A stretch of 64,000 nt of DNA from Gammaproteobacteria bacterium (GCA_030425645.1 JAUHZK010000002.1:192487-256486); one strand, 5' to 3'. Shown: positions 22,696-33,137, numbered from the stretch's first letter. A program made the numbers and translations. The notes: generated by a model not told the origin, from the sequence alone.

Positions 22696-23271
22696 CTTTC
22701 CTCCAACTCAAAAACAGACCTGCGTAAGCAGGGGCGCAGCGCTCGACGATCGCTAACAAGACCGCAACGCCGCCTCGCCGCGCGACGTCTTAACCAACGT
22801 CTAACGCCACTATTGCATCGCGGCCATCGTATTGGCCTTTATCTGCACTTTGATGGCGAGCCCGACCTACTCCCCTGCCTTAAACAGCTTTGTCGACGTG
22901 GCAAGCAAGTTTATGTGCCACAACTTCGGCCACAAGGGATGCGCTTTGTACCACTGCGGGCGCTGCGGCGGGCACGCGTAAACCATTACGGCATTATTGA
23001 ACCCAATCGCCACAGCCCCAGCGTCAGCAGCAAACGGCTACAAGCGGTGGTATTGCCCTTAACGGCGTACGACTTAAACGGGCAACGTCTCGGCATGGGT
23101 GCGGGTTACTACGACCGCGAACTTAGTTGGCGATCAAGCCGCACACATTGGCGCGGCCCGCTACTGATTGGCAGTGCTTGGTCCTGCCAAGCAGCCCAAC
23201 AAATACCAACCGAAAGCTGGGACATCCCGCTCAATCGACTTTGCAACGAACAGCAAACGCTGCGTTTTTAG
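22693..23271 (+). CDS. ygfA: 5-formyltetrahydrofolate cyclo-ligase
   Basis: K..LR N-terminus, GIIEP, RLGMGAGYYDR, WD.PL; start trimmed to 22693. Confidence 0.92.
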   Translation: MLSSNSKTDLRKQGRSARRSLTRPQRRLAARRLNQRLTPLLHRGHRIGLYLHFDGEPDLLPCLKQLCRRGKQVYVPQLRPQGMRFVPLRALRRARVNHYGIIEPNRHSPSVSSKRLQAVVLPLTAYDLNGQRLGMGAGYYDRELSWRSSRTHWRGPLLIGSAWSCQAAQQIPTESWDIPLNRLCNEQQTLRF

Positions 23272-23280
23272 GAAATAACT

Positions 23281-23745
23281 ATGAACTATTGGCTTATGAA
23301 ATCCGAACCCGACGTATTTGGCATCGACCATCTCGCCGCCATGCCCAACCAAACCGAGCATTGGGATGGGGTTCGCAATTATCAAGCCCGCAATATGATG
23401 CGCGACGATATGAAAGTGGGCGATCAAGTGCTGTTTTACCACTCAAACACGGACGTGCCGGGCGTAGTTGGTTTAGCGGAAGTGGTGAAAGAGGGTTACC
23501 CAGATCACACCGCGTTTGATCCAGAGCAAAAATACTACGATGCCAAATCGGATCCTGAGAACCCACGCTGGTTTATGGTGGATATAAAACTGCTACGAAA
23601 ACTCAAACGCACCATTTCTTTGCATGAGCTAAAAGAGTATGCCGAAGGCCCACTAGAAGGCTTTCGCCTACTCGGCAAAGGCAATCGACTATCGGTTATG
23701 CCGGTTGAGAAAGAGTATTGGGACTTCGTTCTCGGGCTCGAGTAA
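23281..23745 (+). CDS. EVE domain protein
   Basis: YWLMKSEP, WDGVRNYQARN, FYHSN, RLSVMPV. Confidence 0.95.
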   Translation: MNYWLMKSEPDVFGIDHLAAMPNQTEHWDGVRNYQARNMMRDDMKVGDQVLFYHSNTDVPGVVGLAEVVKEGYPDHTAFDPEQKYYDAKSDPENPRWFMVDIKLLRKLKRTISLHELKEYAEGPLEGFRLLGKGNRLSVMPVEKEYWDFVLGLE

Positions 23746-23762
23746 CACCGAGAACTCAGTCA

Positions 23763-25280
23763 CTATAAAAATAGTTGTGCGGCGGGATTATCCGTTTCTT
23801 CAGTAAGCGGATAACCGATGGCCGACAAGGACTCGCGCAACGCTGTGCGCTCACCTTTAGCCACCTGCAAACCCACCAATACACGGCCGTAGGCAGCGCC
23901 ATGGTTACGGTAGTGGAACAAGCTAATATTCCACTGCTGACCAATTCCCTTAAGAAACTCTAACAACGCACCGGGACGTTCCGGGAACTCAAAGCGAAAC
24001 AGCATTTCTTCGATGCCATCACACTGCGGTGCCAAGCCGCCAACCATATAACGGACATGCAGCTTGGCCATCTCGTTATCGGTCATATCAACCACGGCAT
24101 AGTCGGCGTCGGCCAACTTCGACAGTACCTGTTGCTTCTCTTCCGCTTCAGCCAAGGCCAAGCCAACAAAAATCTGCGCCTTATCGGCATGGCTATAGCG
24201 ATAATTAAATTCGGTAATCGCTCGCTTACCTAGCAGGCTACAAAACCGCTTAAAACTGCCCGGTTTCTCAGGAATTTCCACCGCCAACAAGGCCTCTCTT
24301 GCCTCACCCAATTCCGCACGCTCGGAAACATGACGTAAGCGATGAAAGTTGATATTCGCGCCGGACTCAATCGCCACTAACTTGCGGTTCTCTAGCTGCT
24401 TTTCCTGCGCATATTTTTTCAAACCAGCAACGGCTAAGGCACCGGCGGGTTCTGCAATTGAACGGGTATCGTCGAATACATCAGCAATCGCGGCACAAAT
24501 TTGGTCGACCGACACCAGTACCACTTCATCTACATAGTGGCGTGCCAAATCGAAGGTTTTCTTACCAATCTGCTTAACCGCAACGCCGTCGGCAAATAAG
24601 CCAACATTCTTCAAGCTAACTCGCCGCTTAGCCGCTAATGCATCATGCAAGGTCGGGGCATCCTCAGGCTCAACGCCAATGACCTTGACCCCCGGGCGCA
24701 GGTACTTGATATAAGCCGCGACACCAGCAATTAAACCACCGCCGCCGACGGGTACAAATACGGCATCCAAGTCACTTGGCGCCTGCTCCAAAATCTCGCG
24801 ACCGATGGTGCCTTGACCCGCAATAACCTGCTCATCGTCATAGGGATGCACATAGGTCGCTCCGGTAGTCGTTACCAACTCTTGAGCATGAGCGCTGGCG
24901 TCGTCAAAAGCATCGCCATGCAATACCACTCTGGCGCCTAAATTGCGTACGTTCTGGACTTTAATTTCCGGGGTGGTCCGCGGCATCACAATGGTGGCTT
25001 TAATCGCCAACGTCTGCGCCGACAAGGCAACACCCTGCGCATGGTTACCTGCGGACGCACAAACCACACCTTTTGCGCGTTCTGCCTCAGTAAGCTGCGA
25101 CATGCGGTTGTAGGCGCCGCGCAATTTAAAAGAAAACACGGGCTGCAGGTCTTCGCGTTTCAGCCAGACTTGGTTGTTTAAACGCCCCGACAATACTGGC
25201 GCAGCGTCCAATGGCGTGCGTTCAGCTACGTCGTACACACGCGCATCTAATATTTGTTTAACAACGGAATCTAGCTTCAC
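23763..25280 (-). CDS. ilvA: Threonine ammonia-lyase, biosynthetic
   Basis: [25 protein letters not shown]-terminal regulatory domain [10 protein letters not shown]; GTG start at 25280. Confidence 0.97.
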   Translation of the reverse strand: MKLDSVVKQILDARVYDVAERTPLDAAPVLSGRLNNQVWLKREDLQPVFSFKLRGAYNRMSQLTEAERAKGVVCASAGNHAQGVALSAQTLAIKATIVMPRTTPEIKVQNVRNLGARVVLHGDAFDDASAHAQELVTTTGATYVHPYDDEQVIAGQGTIGREILEQAPSDLDAVFVPVGGGGLIAGVAAYIKYLRPGVKVIGVEPEDAPTLHDALAAKRRVSLKNVGLFADGVAVKQIGKKTFDLARHYVDEVVLVSVDQICAAIADVFDDTRSIAEPAGALAVAGLKKYAQEKQLENRKLVAIESGANINFHRLRHVSERAELGEAREALLAVEIPEKPGSFKRFCSLLGKRAITEFNYRYSHADKAQIFVGLALAEAEEKQQVLSKLADADYAVVDMTDNEMAKLHVRYMVGGLAPQCDGIEEMLFRFEFPERPGALLEFLKGIGQQWNISLFHYRNHGAAYGRVLVGLQVAKGERTALRESLSAIGYPLTEETDNPAAQLFL

Positions 25281-25373
25281 GGCTTGCCGCCCTTCCCCGC
25301 ATTTCGGACAATAGAACATTCTGCTGCCCATACCGTGAGCAGCAAACTCAATTTACCACAGGAAATCAGGCAC

Positions 25374-26042
25374 TTGAGCGCAGAATCTTCTATTGATGTT
25401 CAAAAACGCATCGCCGCGGAGGCCGCAATTGCGGAAATTGAAGACGGCCAAATCATTGGCGTCGGCACCGGTTCTACCGTCAACTATTTTATTGACGCAC
25501 TAGCCGATCATAAACACCGCATTGACGGCGCGGTTTCTAGCTCCGAGGCGAGCACCGCACGACTAAAAGCCATTGGCATTCCCGTGCTAGAACTGAACTA
25601 CACCGGCGACATTGAGTTGTACATTGATGGCGCAGACGAAGCCACCCGCAGCCTGCAACTGATTAAAGGCGGCGGCGCCGCGCTAACAAGAGAAAAAATC
25701 GTTGCTGCCGCCTCTAAGCGCTTTGTCTGCATTGCTGATGCCAGCAAGCTGGTAAATACCCTCGGCGCTTTCCCCTTGCCGGTTGAAGTGATCCCAATGG
25801 CCCGTAGCTTGGTGGCACGTAAATTGGTCGAGCTCGGCGGCCAGCCGGAATGGCGTGAAGACGTCACCACCGATAACGGCAACCTGATTCTCGACGTCTA
25901 CAACCTAGACCTCACGGATGCCAGCAGCATGGAAACGCAAATCAACCAGATTCCGGGCGTTGTCACTTGCGGACTGTTTGCCCACCGTGGCGCAGATAAG
26001 CTGATTCTAGGTACCGACAATGGCATTGAGGTGATTGAATAA
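25374..26042 (+). CDS. rpiA: Ribose-5-phosphate isomerase A
   Basis: [23 protein letters not shown]; TTG start at 25374 inferred. Confidence 0.97.
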   Translation: MSAESSIDVQKRIAAEAAIAEIEDGQIIGVGTGSTVNYFIDALADHKHRIDGAVSSSEASTARLKAIGIPVLELNYTGDIELYIDGADEATRSLQLIKGGGAALTREKIVAAASKRFVCIADASKLVNTLGAFPLPVEVIPMARSLVARKLVELGGQPEWREDVTTDNGNLILDVYNLDLTDASSMETQINQIPGVVTCGLFAHRGADKLILGTDNGIEVIE

Positions 26043-26902
26043 TGAGCGCCCAGATTATTGATGGCAAAACCATTGCCGCCAGCGTCAAAAGCGAGATCGG
26101 GGCACGTGTTCAAGAACGCCTAGATGCCGGCAAACGCGCACCCGGCTTAGCCGTTGTCTTGGTAGGCGAAAACCCGGCCTCGCAGGTTTACGTAAATAAC
26201 AAACGCAAAAGTTGCGAAGCGCTTAATTTTGTTTCTCGCGCTTATGACCTGCCCGCAAGTACAGCTGAAGTCGACTTGATTACCCTAATCGACGAACTCA
26301 ATGCCGACGATGAGATTGACGGTATTTTGGTACAGCTACCACTGCCGGACCACATCGACGGCGACACCGTACTAGAGCGTATTTCGCCGGAAAAAGATGT
26401 TGACGGCTTCCACCCATACAACATCGGCCACTTGGCGCAGAAGAACCCCTTGCTCCGCCCCTGCACGCCTTATGGCGTGATGAAAATGCTTGAACACTGT
26501 GAGATCGACCCCTGCGGCATGGACGCCGTTATCGTTGGCGCATCGAACATTGTTGGCCGCCCGATGATGATGGAGCTATTACTAGCGCGAGCCACCACTA
26601 CCGTATGCCACAGTAAAACCCGAGATCTTGCCGAAAAAGTCGCGCAAGCCGATATCGTGGTGGCTGCGGTTGGTATTCCTGAGTTTGTAAAAGGCGACTG
26701 GATCAAACCCGGTGCGGTAGTGATTGATGTCGGCATCAACCGCCTCGACAGCGGCAAACTCTGTGGTGATGTGGAGTTTGAAGCCGCCAGCCAACAAGCA
26801 AGTTGGATTACGCCCGTTCCCGGCGGTGTTGGTCAAATGACAGTAGCGATGTTGCTTGCCAATACGCTACAGGCTTGCGAGGCCCGAGAGGCGACCCAAT
26901 AA
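26042..26902 (+). CDS. folD: Methylenetetrahydrofolate dehydrogenase/cyclohydrolase
   Basis: [29 protein letters not shown]. Confidence 0.98.
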   Translation: MSAQIIDGKTIAASVKSEIGARVQERLDAGKRAPGLAVVLVGENPASQVYVNNKRKSCEALNFVSRAYDLPASTAEVDLITLIDELNADDEIDGILVQLPLPDHIDGDTVLERISPEKDVDGFHPYNIGHLAQKNPLLRPCTPYGVMKMLEHCEIDPCGMDAVIVGASNIVGRPMMMELLLARATTTVCHSKTRDLAEKVAQADIVVAAVGIPEFVKGDWIKPGAVVIDVGINRLDSGKLCGDVEFEAASQQASWITPVPGGVGQMTVAMLLANTLQACEAREATQ

Positions 26903-26937
26903 CGGGTCGTCTAGTCATCGTCTGGCCAGCGGGTCGT

Positions 26938-27528
26938 TTAGCCTTTTACCAAAATCATATCGACAACTTCTTCTGCAAGCTTGTCGATACCTAGGTCACC
27001 ATCGCCCTTAAACCACTGCGATGTCCAATTGATAGCGCCAAGCCATAGGCGTACAAGCAGTTTCGGGTCGCCCTGCTTAACCACGCCCTGATCCATTGCA
27101 CGCAGCATGACGTCGCGGCAGAGGGACTCATATTTATCACGCAGTTGAACCACTTGGTTACGCTGGTCCTCAGGCAAACTACGCCACTCATATAACAACG
27201 AAGCCAAGGAAGCCTGCGTATTGCTCAACAAAGTGCGCAAGTGGGTACGAGTCATAATAATCAGCTCGTCACGCGGGTCTGAACAGGCCTCAAGCTCTAA
27301 TCGCACTGCACCGGTTAGATCATCAATGCCACGGCGCATAACTTCGTACAGAATCTCACCTTTGCTAGAAAAGTGATAAAACAAGCTCCCAGATTGCATG
27401 CCCACCGCATCAGCTAAATCGCGAACCGTAGTGCGTTCGTATCCCTTTTCTCTGAAAAGTGCGGCTGCGGCTTCAACCAAAGCGTCGCGAGACGGACGTT
27501 GAGCGTCGGCGGAGGTGATTCTGGCCAT
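26938..27528 (-). CDS. TetR family regulator (AtuR/KstR2-like)
   Basis: LFREKGYERTTVRDLA..VGMQSGSLFYHF; C-terminal GAINW..QWF. Confidence 0.9.
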   Translation of the reverse strand: MARITSADAQRPSRDALVEAAAALFREKGYERTTVRDLADAVGMQSGSLFYHFSSKGEILYEVMRRGIDDLTGAVRLELEACSDPRDELIIMTRTHLRTLLSNTQASLASLLYEWRSLPEDQRNQVVQLRDKYESLCRDVMLRAMDQGVVKQGDPKLLVRLWLGAINWTSQWFKGDGDLGIDKLAEEVVDMILVKG

Positions 27529-27644
27529 AACTGTTTGCTAGCTTCTGAAAAACAATAATGCGTAAATTATAGCAAGCGCTCGGTAGGCAGCCTATCGAAC
27601 AAGGCCCGAATCTCAGAAAAACCTAGCTAATCGCAAATAAGACC

Positions 27645-27679
27645 TTGACAGGCTGCCCGCAGATAATAAAATGCGCGCC
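27645..27679 (+). promoter_or_regulatory. Stable-RNA-type sigma70 promoter for tRNA-Met
   Basis: TTGACA-16 bp-TAAAAT followed by the GC-rich discriminator GCGCGCC. Confidence 0.85.
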
Positions 27680-27724
27680 TCTTCTGCAGGGCACGCAATA
27701 ATCGTGGCGCCCGCTGTCTAGAAA

Positions 27725-27801
27725 GGCGATATAGCTCAGTTGGTTAGAGCGACGCATTCATAATGCGTAGGTCCCAGGTTCAAGTCCCGGTATCGCCACC
27801 A
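27725..27801 (+). tRNA. tRNA-Met(CAT), probably elongator
   Basis: GGCGATA/TATCGCC acceptor stem, AGCTCAGTTGGTTAGAGC D-arm, ACGCA-TTCATAA-TGCGT anticodon arm, GGTTCAAGTCC, encoded CCA; G1-C72 pair argues against initiator. Confidence 0.95.
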
Positions 27802-27848
27802 TCTCCTTACCGTATAAAACCTTCTTAACGCTTTATTTGTGCAGCGTA

Positions 27849-28208
27849 CTAGGTTCTGGCCTTTTCAATGGCACGGCGCTGTAGAGCCGCCCTCACCTTG
27901 CCTAAAAAGCGTGGTGAAACCGTTTCCGCGTTCTCCATCTTAGAAACATAGGCCTGAGTAATACCGAGCGCTTCCGCCAACTCTTTCTGCTTCAGGCCGG
28001 CGCGTTGCCGCATTAAGGTAACGGGGTTTCGGAATGGCATCGTGCCGAGCTGCTCGTCGTCTTCCATTGCTGAAGACACCGCGACGGACTGGCGCTGAGC
28101 ACCGTATTCCGCATCAATACGCTCGCGTAGCCGCTCGTACACGCTATAAGGGATGACCACAAACTGGTCACGCCCTGATAAGTCTTTAATGATTTGCGGT
28201 TGCTGCAT
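27849..28208 (-). CDS. XRE-family HTH protein, antitoxin-like
   Basis: N-terminal QII.D..G...FVVIPY..YE.L; C-terminal R...GLKQKELAEALGITQAYVSKME. Confidence 0.85.
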   Translation of the reverse strand: MQQPQIIKDLSGRDQFVVIPYSVYERLRERIDAEYGAQRQSVAVSSAMEDDEQLGTMPFRNPVTLMRQRAGLKQKELAEALGITQAYVSKMENAETVSPRFLGKVRAALQRRAIEKART

Positions 28209-28284
28209 AACAAGGAGCTAACGATGGTTAAGATAGCTCCATTATAACCATACAACCCCGCTGGGTTATATTTTATAACAACAA

Positions 28285-29055
28285 TTAACGAACGATACCG
28301 CGAGAGCTCTGCTCAAGAAACTCCAACAGCACAGCCACTTCACCATCCGCCTCAACTAATTCAGCCAACTGAGATTTAGCCTCATCAAGCTTCAAGTTCG
28401 AGCGGTAAAGGATTCGGTAAGCCTTTTTGATGTTGCGAATTTGCTCAGAGGTGAAACCGCGGCGACGTAGACCTTCTGAGTTAATGCCATAAGGTTTCGC
28501 TGGATTCTGAGCAACCGTCACGTACGGCGGCACATCCTGGTGCAAGCCGGAATCAAACCCTAGGAAGGCGTGATCTCCAATCTTACAGAATTGGTGAATC
28601 TTGGAATAACCACCACAGATCACCCAATCACCAACGATCACATGTCCTGCCAAGGCGGCGTTATTGGCCAAAATACAGTTGTTGCCGATTACACAGTCGT
28701 GCGCGATGTGTACGTAAGCCATCACCCAGTTGTCATTACCAAGCTTGGTTGTGCCAATATCTTGAACGGTACCGCGATTGAAGGTGCAAAATTCGCGAAT
28801 GGTATTGCGATCGCCTATTTCTAATAAGGTCGGCTCGCCAGCATATTTTTTATCTTGTGGCGCTTCACCAATCGAACTGAACTGATAGATATGATTCTCT
28901 TTACCAATTCTTGTTGGTCCCTTAATCACCACATGTGATCCAATCACCGTGTCGTCACCAATTTCTACGTCAGCACCAATAATGCTGTAGGCCCCAACCT
29001 CTACGTTAGCGCCCAGTTTGGCGGCCGGATCAATAATCGCGGTCTCGTGGATCAT
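28285..29055 (-). CDS. lpxA: UDP-N-acetylglucosamine acyltransferase
   Basis: IHETAII, hexapeptide repeats, PQDKKY, HIAHDC, IHQFC. Confidence 0.98.
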   Translation of the reverse strand: MIHETAIIDPAAKLGANVEVGAYSIIGADVEIGDDTVIGSHVVIKGPTRIGKENHIYQFSSIGEAPQDKKYAGEPTLLEIGDRNTIREFCTFNRGTVQDIGTTKLGNDNWVMAYVHIAHDCVIGNNCILANNAALAGHVIVGDWVICGGYSKIHQFCKIGDHAFLGFDSGLHQDVPPYVTVAQNPAKPYGINSEGLRRRGFTSEQIRNIKKAYRILYRSNLKLDEAKSQLAELVEADGEVAVLLEFLEQSSRGIVR

Positions 29056-29519
29056 GCCTCAATCTCCTTAGCGGCACACATCAATTCAGCTTTGGTCACG
29101 AGCACGCCATCAACATAGCTCTCGCCCTTGAAGCTCCATAAATTTTTTCGGCATTTAACAACCGATACGGTATGTCGTAACTGATCACCCGGCAACACTG
29201 GCTTTTTAAAACGAGCGCCATCAATAGCAGTGAAATAGTAACGGTATTTTTCCGGCGCCTCGTTACGGCTAGACACCGCGAGCACGCAAGCCGCTTGGGC
29301 CATCGACTCTAAAATCAAAACACCCGGCATCACCGGGTCTTCAGGGAAATGCCCAGTAAAGAAAGGCTCATTAATGGTGACATTCTTAAGCGCCACAATA
29401 CGCTTGCCCGGCTCCAAATCGGTTACCCGATCGAGCAAAATAAATGGATAACGATGCGGAATAAGGCGCATCAAATCCTTGATACCCAGCTGTCCCATCT
29501 GCTGCGATAAACCAGACAT
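29052..29519 (-). CDS. fabZ: 3-hydroxyacyl-ACP dehydratase
   Basis: IPHRYPF.L.DRV, NEPFFTGHFP, MPGVLILESMAQ. Confidence 0.98.
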   Translation of the reverse strand: MSGLSQQMGQLGIKDLMRLIPHRYPFILLDRVTDLEPGKRIVALKNVTINEPFFTGHFPEDPVMPGVLILESMAQAACVLAVSSRNEAPEKYRYYFTAIDGARFKKPVLPGDQLRHTVSVVKCRKNLWSFKGESYVDGVLVTKAELMCAAKEIEA

Positions 29520-30595
29520 TATTTCTCCTGATCCTTGTCTGCCACTAGTGTTGCCAATTGCTTCTCTAGCTGCTTTAACTTTTTATTGGTTTCGTCTAGC
29601 TGGCGCAATCTAGCCATGCTGCGTCGCCACTGCCCCGTCGTCATTTGCGGTACGCCACCGGAGTAGCTACCTCTTTCTTCAATCGTATTGAGCACCATCG
29701 TTCGCGCGGTCAGCATAGTCCCGTCAGCCACTTTGATATGACCGGCAATGCCGACATTGCCACCGGAAACAACATGCTTGCCTACGGTAGCACTACCGGC
29801 AATAGCTGTTTGTGCTGCCATAACCGTATACGCCCCAATACGCACGTTATGTGCGACCTGAATATGGTTATCCAGCTTGACACCTTTTTCGATCACCGTG
29901 TCGCCCAAGGTACCGCGATCAATACAGCAATTGGCACCAATGTCGACATGGTCTTCAATCACGACCGTGCCCAACTGCGGCACTTTCACCCAGTCGCCAT
30001 TCTCGGGAGCCCAACCGAAACCATCAGCGCCAACAACTGTGCCGCTATGAATACGAACATGTGCGCCAATTTTAACTTGGTGGTACACCGTCACATTGGC
30101 CTCTAGCACGCTGTCGCGGCCAATCGAGGCATCTACGCCGACTACCGAATTGGCACCGATTCTAGCGCCTGCTGCCACCACGGCACCCTGTCTAATCTGG
30201 GCACCCGCAGCCACATGCGCTTTCTCATCAACCAGGGCGTCTGGATGAATTTCGGCGTTAGCTGAAATGCCTTCCGCTGCCACCGGCGTACAATCGAACA
30301 AGGCCGCTATTTTGGCAAACGCTGCATAAGGGTTGCTATGCACGAGGCCGTTTTTACCAAGCTGCGTTAGGGTCTCAGCATCGCTTTCAGCCAGCACCAC
30401 CGCCTGCAACTGCGTCGTCGCCAGCTGATCTCTGTACTTAGGGTTAGATAGGAAGCCTATTTCTTCGGCCGTGCCGTCACCTAGAGTATTAACTCCAGTG
30501 ATCGAAAACTCGGCATCGCCCACCACAGCCGCACCGGTTAGTTCGGCCAACTGAGCAAGCTTGTAGGTACTTTGTGGGGCCTTTGGGGCGGCCAT
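29519..30595 (-). CDS. lpxD: UDP-3-O-acylglucosamine N-acyltransferase
   Basis: FL.NPKY, NPY..FA, GADGFG, KLDN.IQVAHNV; GGAG RBS before the ATG at 30595. Confidence 0.97.
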   Translation of the reverse strand: MAAPKAPQSTYKLAQLAELTGAAVVGDAEFSITGVNTLGDGTAEEIGFLSNPKYRDQLATTQLQAVVLAESDAETLTQLGKNGLVHSNPYAAFAKIAALFDCTPVAAEGISANAEIHPDALVDEKAHVAAGAQIRQGAVVAAGARIGANSVVGVDASIGRDSVLEANVTVYHQVKIGAHVRIHSGTVVGADGFGWAPENGDWVKVPQLGTVVIEDHVDIGANCCIDRGTLGDTVIEKGVKLDNHIQVAHNVRIGAYTVMAAQTAIAGSATVGKHVVSGGNVGIAGHIKVADGTMLTARTMVLNTIEERGSYSGGVPQMTTGQWRRSMARLRQLDETNKKLKQLEKQLATLVADKDQEK

Positions 30596-30684
30596 TACAT
30601 CTCCCAATTATTCTATGTCGCCAAAAGCAGAGCTTTTGCGGCTGATTGCTGCGTGTATTTTAACCCGAAGCCCCCTAAATAACG

Positions 30685-31596
30685 CTATTTAGGCGGCGAT
30701 TCTTCACCATCGGCCTCGTGCATATGTTCAAGCATATGGCTCGCTAGCAGCGGCAGCGCCTTAGGTGGCAACTCATGACCAAGGCCATCAACCAGAATCA
30801 ATTTGGCGCCCTCTACCTGCCGGGCCACGTCCTTACTGCCGGCCGGGTGCACCAAAGGGTCGGCCGTACCATGCATAGCCAAGGTCGGCACGCTGATCTT
30901 TCTCAGCCGCAACACACGGCTTCCATCGTTCAACAAAGCCCGAAACTGGCGGGTAGAGCCTTGTGGGTAGTAGCCCCGCTCGTAAATACGTTTAGCCCAC
31001 TTTAATAACTCGCCTTTGACACGAGGAAAGCTCGGGCTCGCGTACAACTTCCAACCTTCAGCCATATGTTGCAATACATCAGCCTTTTGATCGGACTTAG
31101 CGGAACGGCCCAAGCGGAGAATGCATTTCATTTTGCCCAGCGGCACGCGTCGACTGCCGGATGAAGACATGAAACTAATGAGTGAACGGGTGCGTTGCGG
31201 ATAATGCACAGCAACCAGCTGCGCAATCATGCCGCCCATTGAGGCACCAATAATATGCGCCTTATCGATCTTAAGCGCATCTAACAAGCCTACGGCATCG
31301 TCGGCCATATCTTGCAAGGTATAAGGTGAGGCGACTACCCGCCCTAGAAACGAGCTAATAAAGGTGCGCTTACTGACGGCCCAGTTCTGGCCATCTTCAA
31401 ACTTAGTCGACAGACCGGCATCACGATTGTCAAAACGAATCACGCGATAACCGCCCTTCACCAGCATTTCAACAAACGCATCTGGCCAAGAAATAAGCTG
31501 CGCGCCTAAGCCCATGATCAGTAGAACGGCTGGCGAGTCCTCAGCACCAAAGCTTTCATAACAAAGCTCAATGCCATTAGCCTGGGCAAATGGCAC
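30685..31596 (-). CDS. Alpha/beta hydrolase (esterase)
   Basis: LLIMGLGAQ, FDNRDAGLS, GASMGG, HGTADPLV, GLGH. Confidence 0.92.
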   Translation of the reverse strand: MPFAQANGIELCYESFGAEDSPAVLLIMGLGAQLISWPDAFVEMLVKGGYRVIRFDNRDAGLSTKFEDGQNWAVSKRTFISSFLGRVVASPYTLQDMADDAVGLLDALKIDKAHIIGASMGGMIAQLVAVHYPQRTRSLISFMSSSGSRRVPLGKMKCILRLGRSAKSDQKADVLQHMAEGWKLYASPSFPRVKGELLKWAKRIYERGYYPQGSTRQFRALLNDGSRVLRLRKISVPTLAMHGTADPLVHPAGSKDVARQVEGAKLILVDGLGHELPPKALPLLASHMLEHMHEADGEESPPK

Positions 31597-31598
31597 CT

Positions 31599-32006
31599 TT
31601 ACTTATTCTCGGTCGCCAAGGCAATGTTAGTGATGCCCGCGGCGCGCGCGGCATCCATGATGGCCACTAGCTTTTTATTAGTGGATTTCTGATCGGCTTG
31701 AATAACCACAGAACCCTGCGGGTTTTCCGCGTGCAGGCGTTCGAGTACCGCGCGGATCGAGCGCTCATCAACTCGACGACGGTCAATCCAAATTTCATCG
31801 GTGTTGCTAATTGCAACAAAAATGTTGGCGCGGTCTTGTTTCTGCGCAGTGCTGGCTTCGGGCTTATCAACCTCAATACCGGACTCCTTCACAAAGGATG
31901 CAGTCACGATAAAAAAGATCAACATGATGAACACCACATCCAACATGGGCGTTAAATCGATCGCCGATTCTTCTTCTGCTTGGCTTCTAGCAAGGCTTTT
32001 GCGCAT
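31599..32006 (-). CDS. exbD: ExbD/TolR family protein
   Basis: IDLTPMLDVVFIMLIFFIV, VVIQAD; start MRKS at 32006. Confidence 0.92.
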   Translation of the reverse strand: MRKSLARSQAEEESAIDLTPMLDVVFIMLIFFIVTASFVKESGIEVDKPEASTAQKQDRANIFVAISNTDEIWIDRRRVDERSIRAVLERLHAENPQGSVVIQADQKSTNKKLVAIMDAARAAGITNIALATENK

Positions 32007-32082
32007 GGTCTCACTCGTAACGCGTTGTATTTCGAGCAATAATGCCGGTATTAGAAGCAATCAACAAGGCTCAGCCGCTCAC

Positions 32083-32430
32083 ATGCTCCATAGCGTACTC
32101 GTTCTTATCGCTTTTCAACTGCTTGGTGAATTTATACAGGCCAGTTTTGACCTACCCATTCATGGCGCTATTTGCGGCATGTTGCTGTTGCTGGTGGTAC
32201 TCATTATTCGTGGTCGAGTCTCTGCGCCGTTGCGCACCACCGCCAATAGTTTGTTCCAATACCTACCGCTGATTCTGATTCCACCCAGCGTTGGTGTCAT
32301 GACCCAATGGCAAGCACTCACCGCACAACCTTTCGCGTTGGGCGCTGTGATCGTATTAAGCACCGCGATCGGACTCGCCGTGAGCGGTTTCCTGTTTCAG
32401 CGCCTAGCACGTAAAGGGCCATCAGCATGA
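32083..32430 (+). CDS. CidA/LrgA family holin-like protein
   Basis: FQLLGE, PIHGAICGMLLL, LIPPSVGV; start trimmed to 32083; pairs with LrgB. Confidence 0.88.
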   Translation: MLHSVLVLIAFQLLGEFIQASFDLPIHGAICGMLLLLVVLIIRGRVSAPLRTTANSLFQYLPLILIPPSVGVMTQWQALTAQPFALGAVIVLSTAIGLAVSGFLFQRLARKGPSA

Positions 32431-33137
32431 ACCTTCAAGCCGGATGGGAAACGGTACTCAATAGCCCGTGGATGATGGTTGGTATGACCGTGGCTGGCTT
32501 TCATATTGGCAGCAAGCTCTATAACCACTTTGGCAAAACGCCGGTGTTACACCCAGTGTTAATTGGCCTTGCTATCACGATTGGATGCTTAGTGACGCTT
32601 GGCATTTCTTTCCAAGAATATCGCCAAGGCGCGGATATGATTTACCAGCTACTAGGGCCTGTGACGGTCGCCTTAGCCGTACCGATGTACACGCGCCTAG
32701 CTTATATTCGGCAAGCAGCCACAGCCGTCACGGTGGCCCTACTGATCGGCGGCGGCTTAGCCGTATTGTCAGCCCTTGGCTTTATGTGGATTGCGGGTGC
32801 AGACGCGGCAATGCTAGCCACCACCTCCACTAAATCCATTACTGGCGCCATTGCCATGCAGGTTTCAGAAGGCATTGGTGGTTCTGGAGCCTTAGCCGCG
32901 GTAATTGTATTGGTGACCGGCGTCGCTGGCGCCATTGTCGCCCCCGCTATTTTTAAAGCCTTAAAAATCGACAGCGAAGCCGCTCAAGGCTTTGCCCTAG
33001 GGGTTTCCGCGCATGCGGTTGGTACCGCGCGCTCTTTTGAAATCTCCGAAACCGCCGGTGCCTTTGCCGCCCTCGGCATGAGCTTGATGGGCATTGTTTG
33101 CGCTATTCTAATCCCGCTATTTGCGAGCTTTTTCTAG
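32427..33137 (+). CDS. LrgB/CidB family protein
   Basis: LLGPVTVALAVP, KSIT..IA, G..AHAVGTAR. Confidence 0.93.
   Translation: MNLQAGWETVLNSPWMMVGMTVAGFHIGSKLYNHFGKTPVLHPVLIGLAITIGCLVTLGISFQEYRQGADMIYQLLGPVTVALAVPMYTRLAYIRQAATAVTVALLIGGGLAVLSALGFMWIAGADAAMLATTSTKSITGAIAMQVSEGIGGSGALAAVIVLVTGVAGAIVAPAIFKALKIDSEAAQGFALGVSAHAVGTARSFEISETAGAFAALGMSLMGIVCAILIPLFASFF

Noticed and set aside
23281-23745. EVE protein as part of a modification-dependent defence system
   Set aside because: Stand-alone EVE after zapA-6S-ygfA is a known conserved proteobacterial context; no nuclease partner
27725-28284. Integrated island or prophage at tRNA-Met
   Set aside because: No integrase, no duplicated tRNA 3' end seen in the window, and core lpx genes resume within 500 bp
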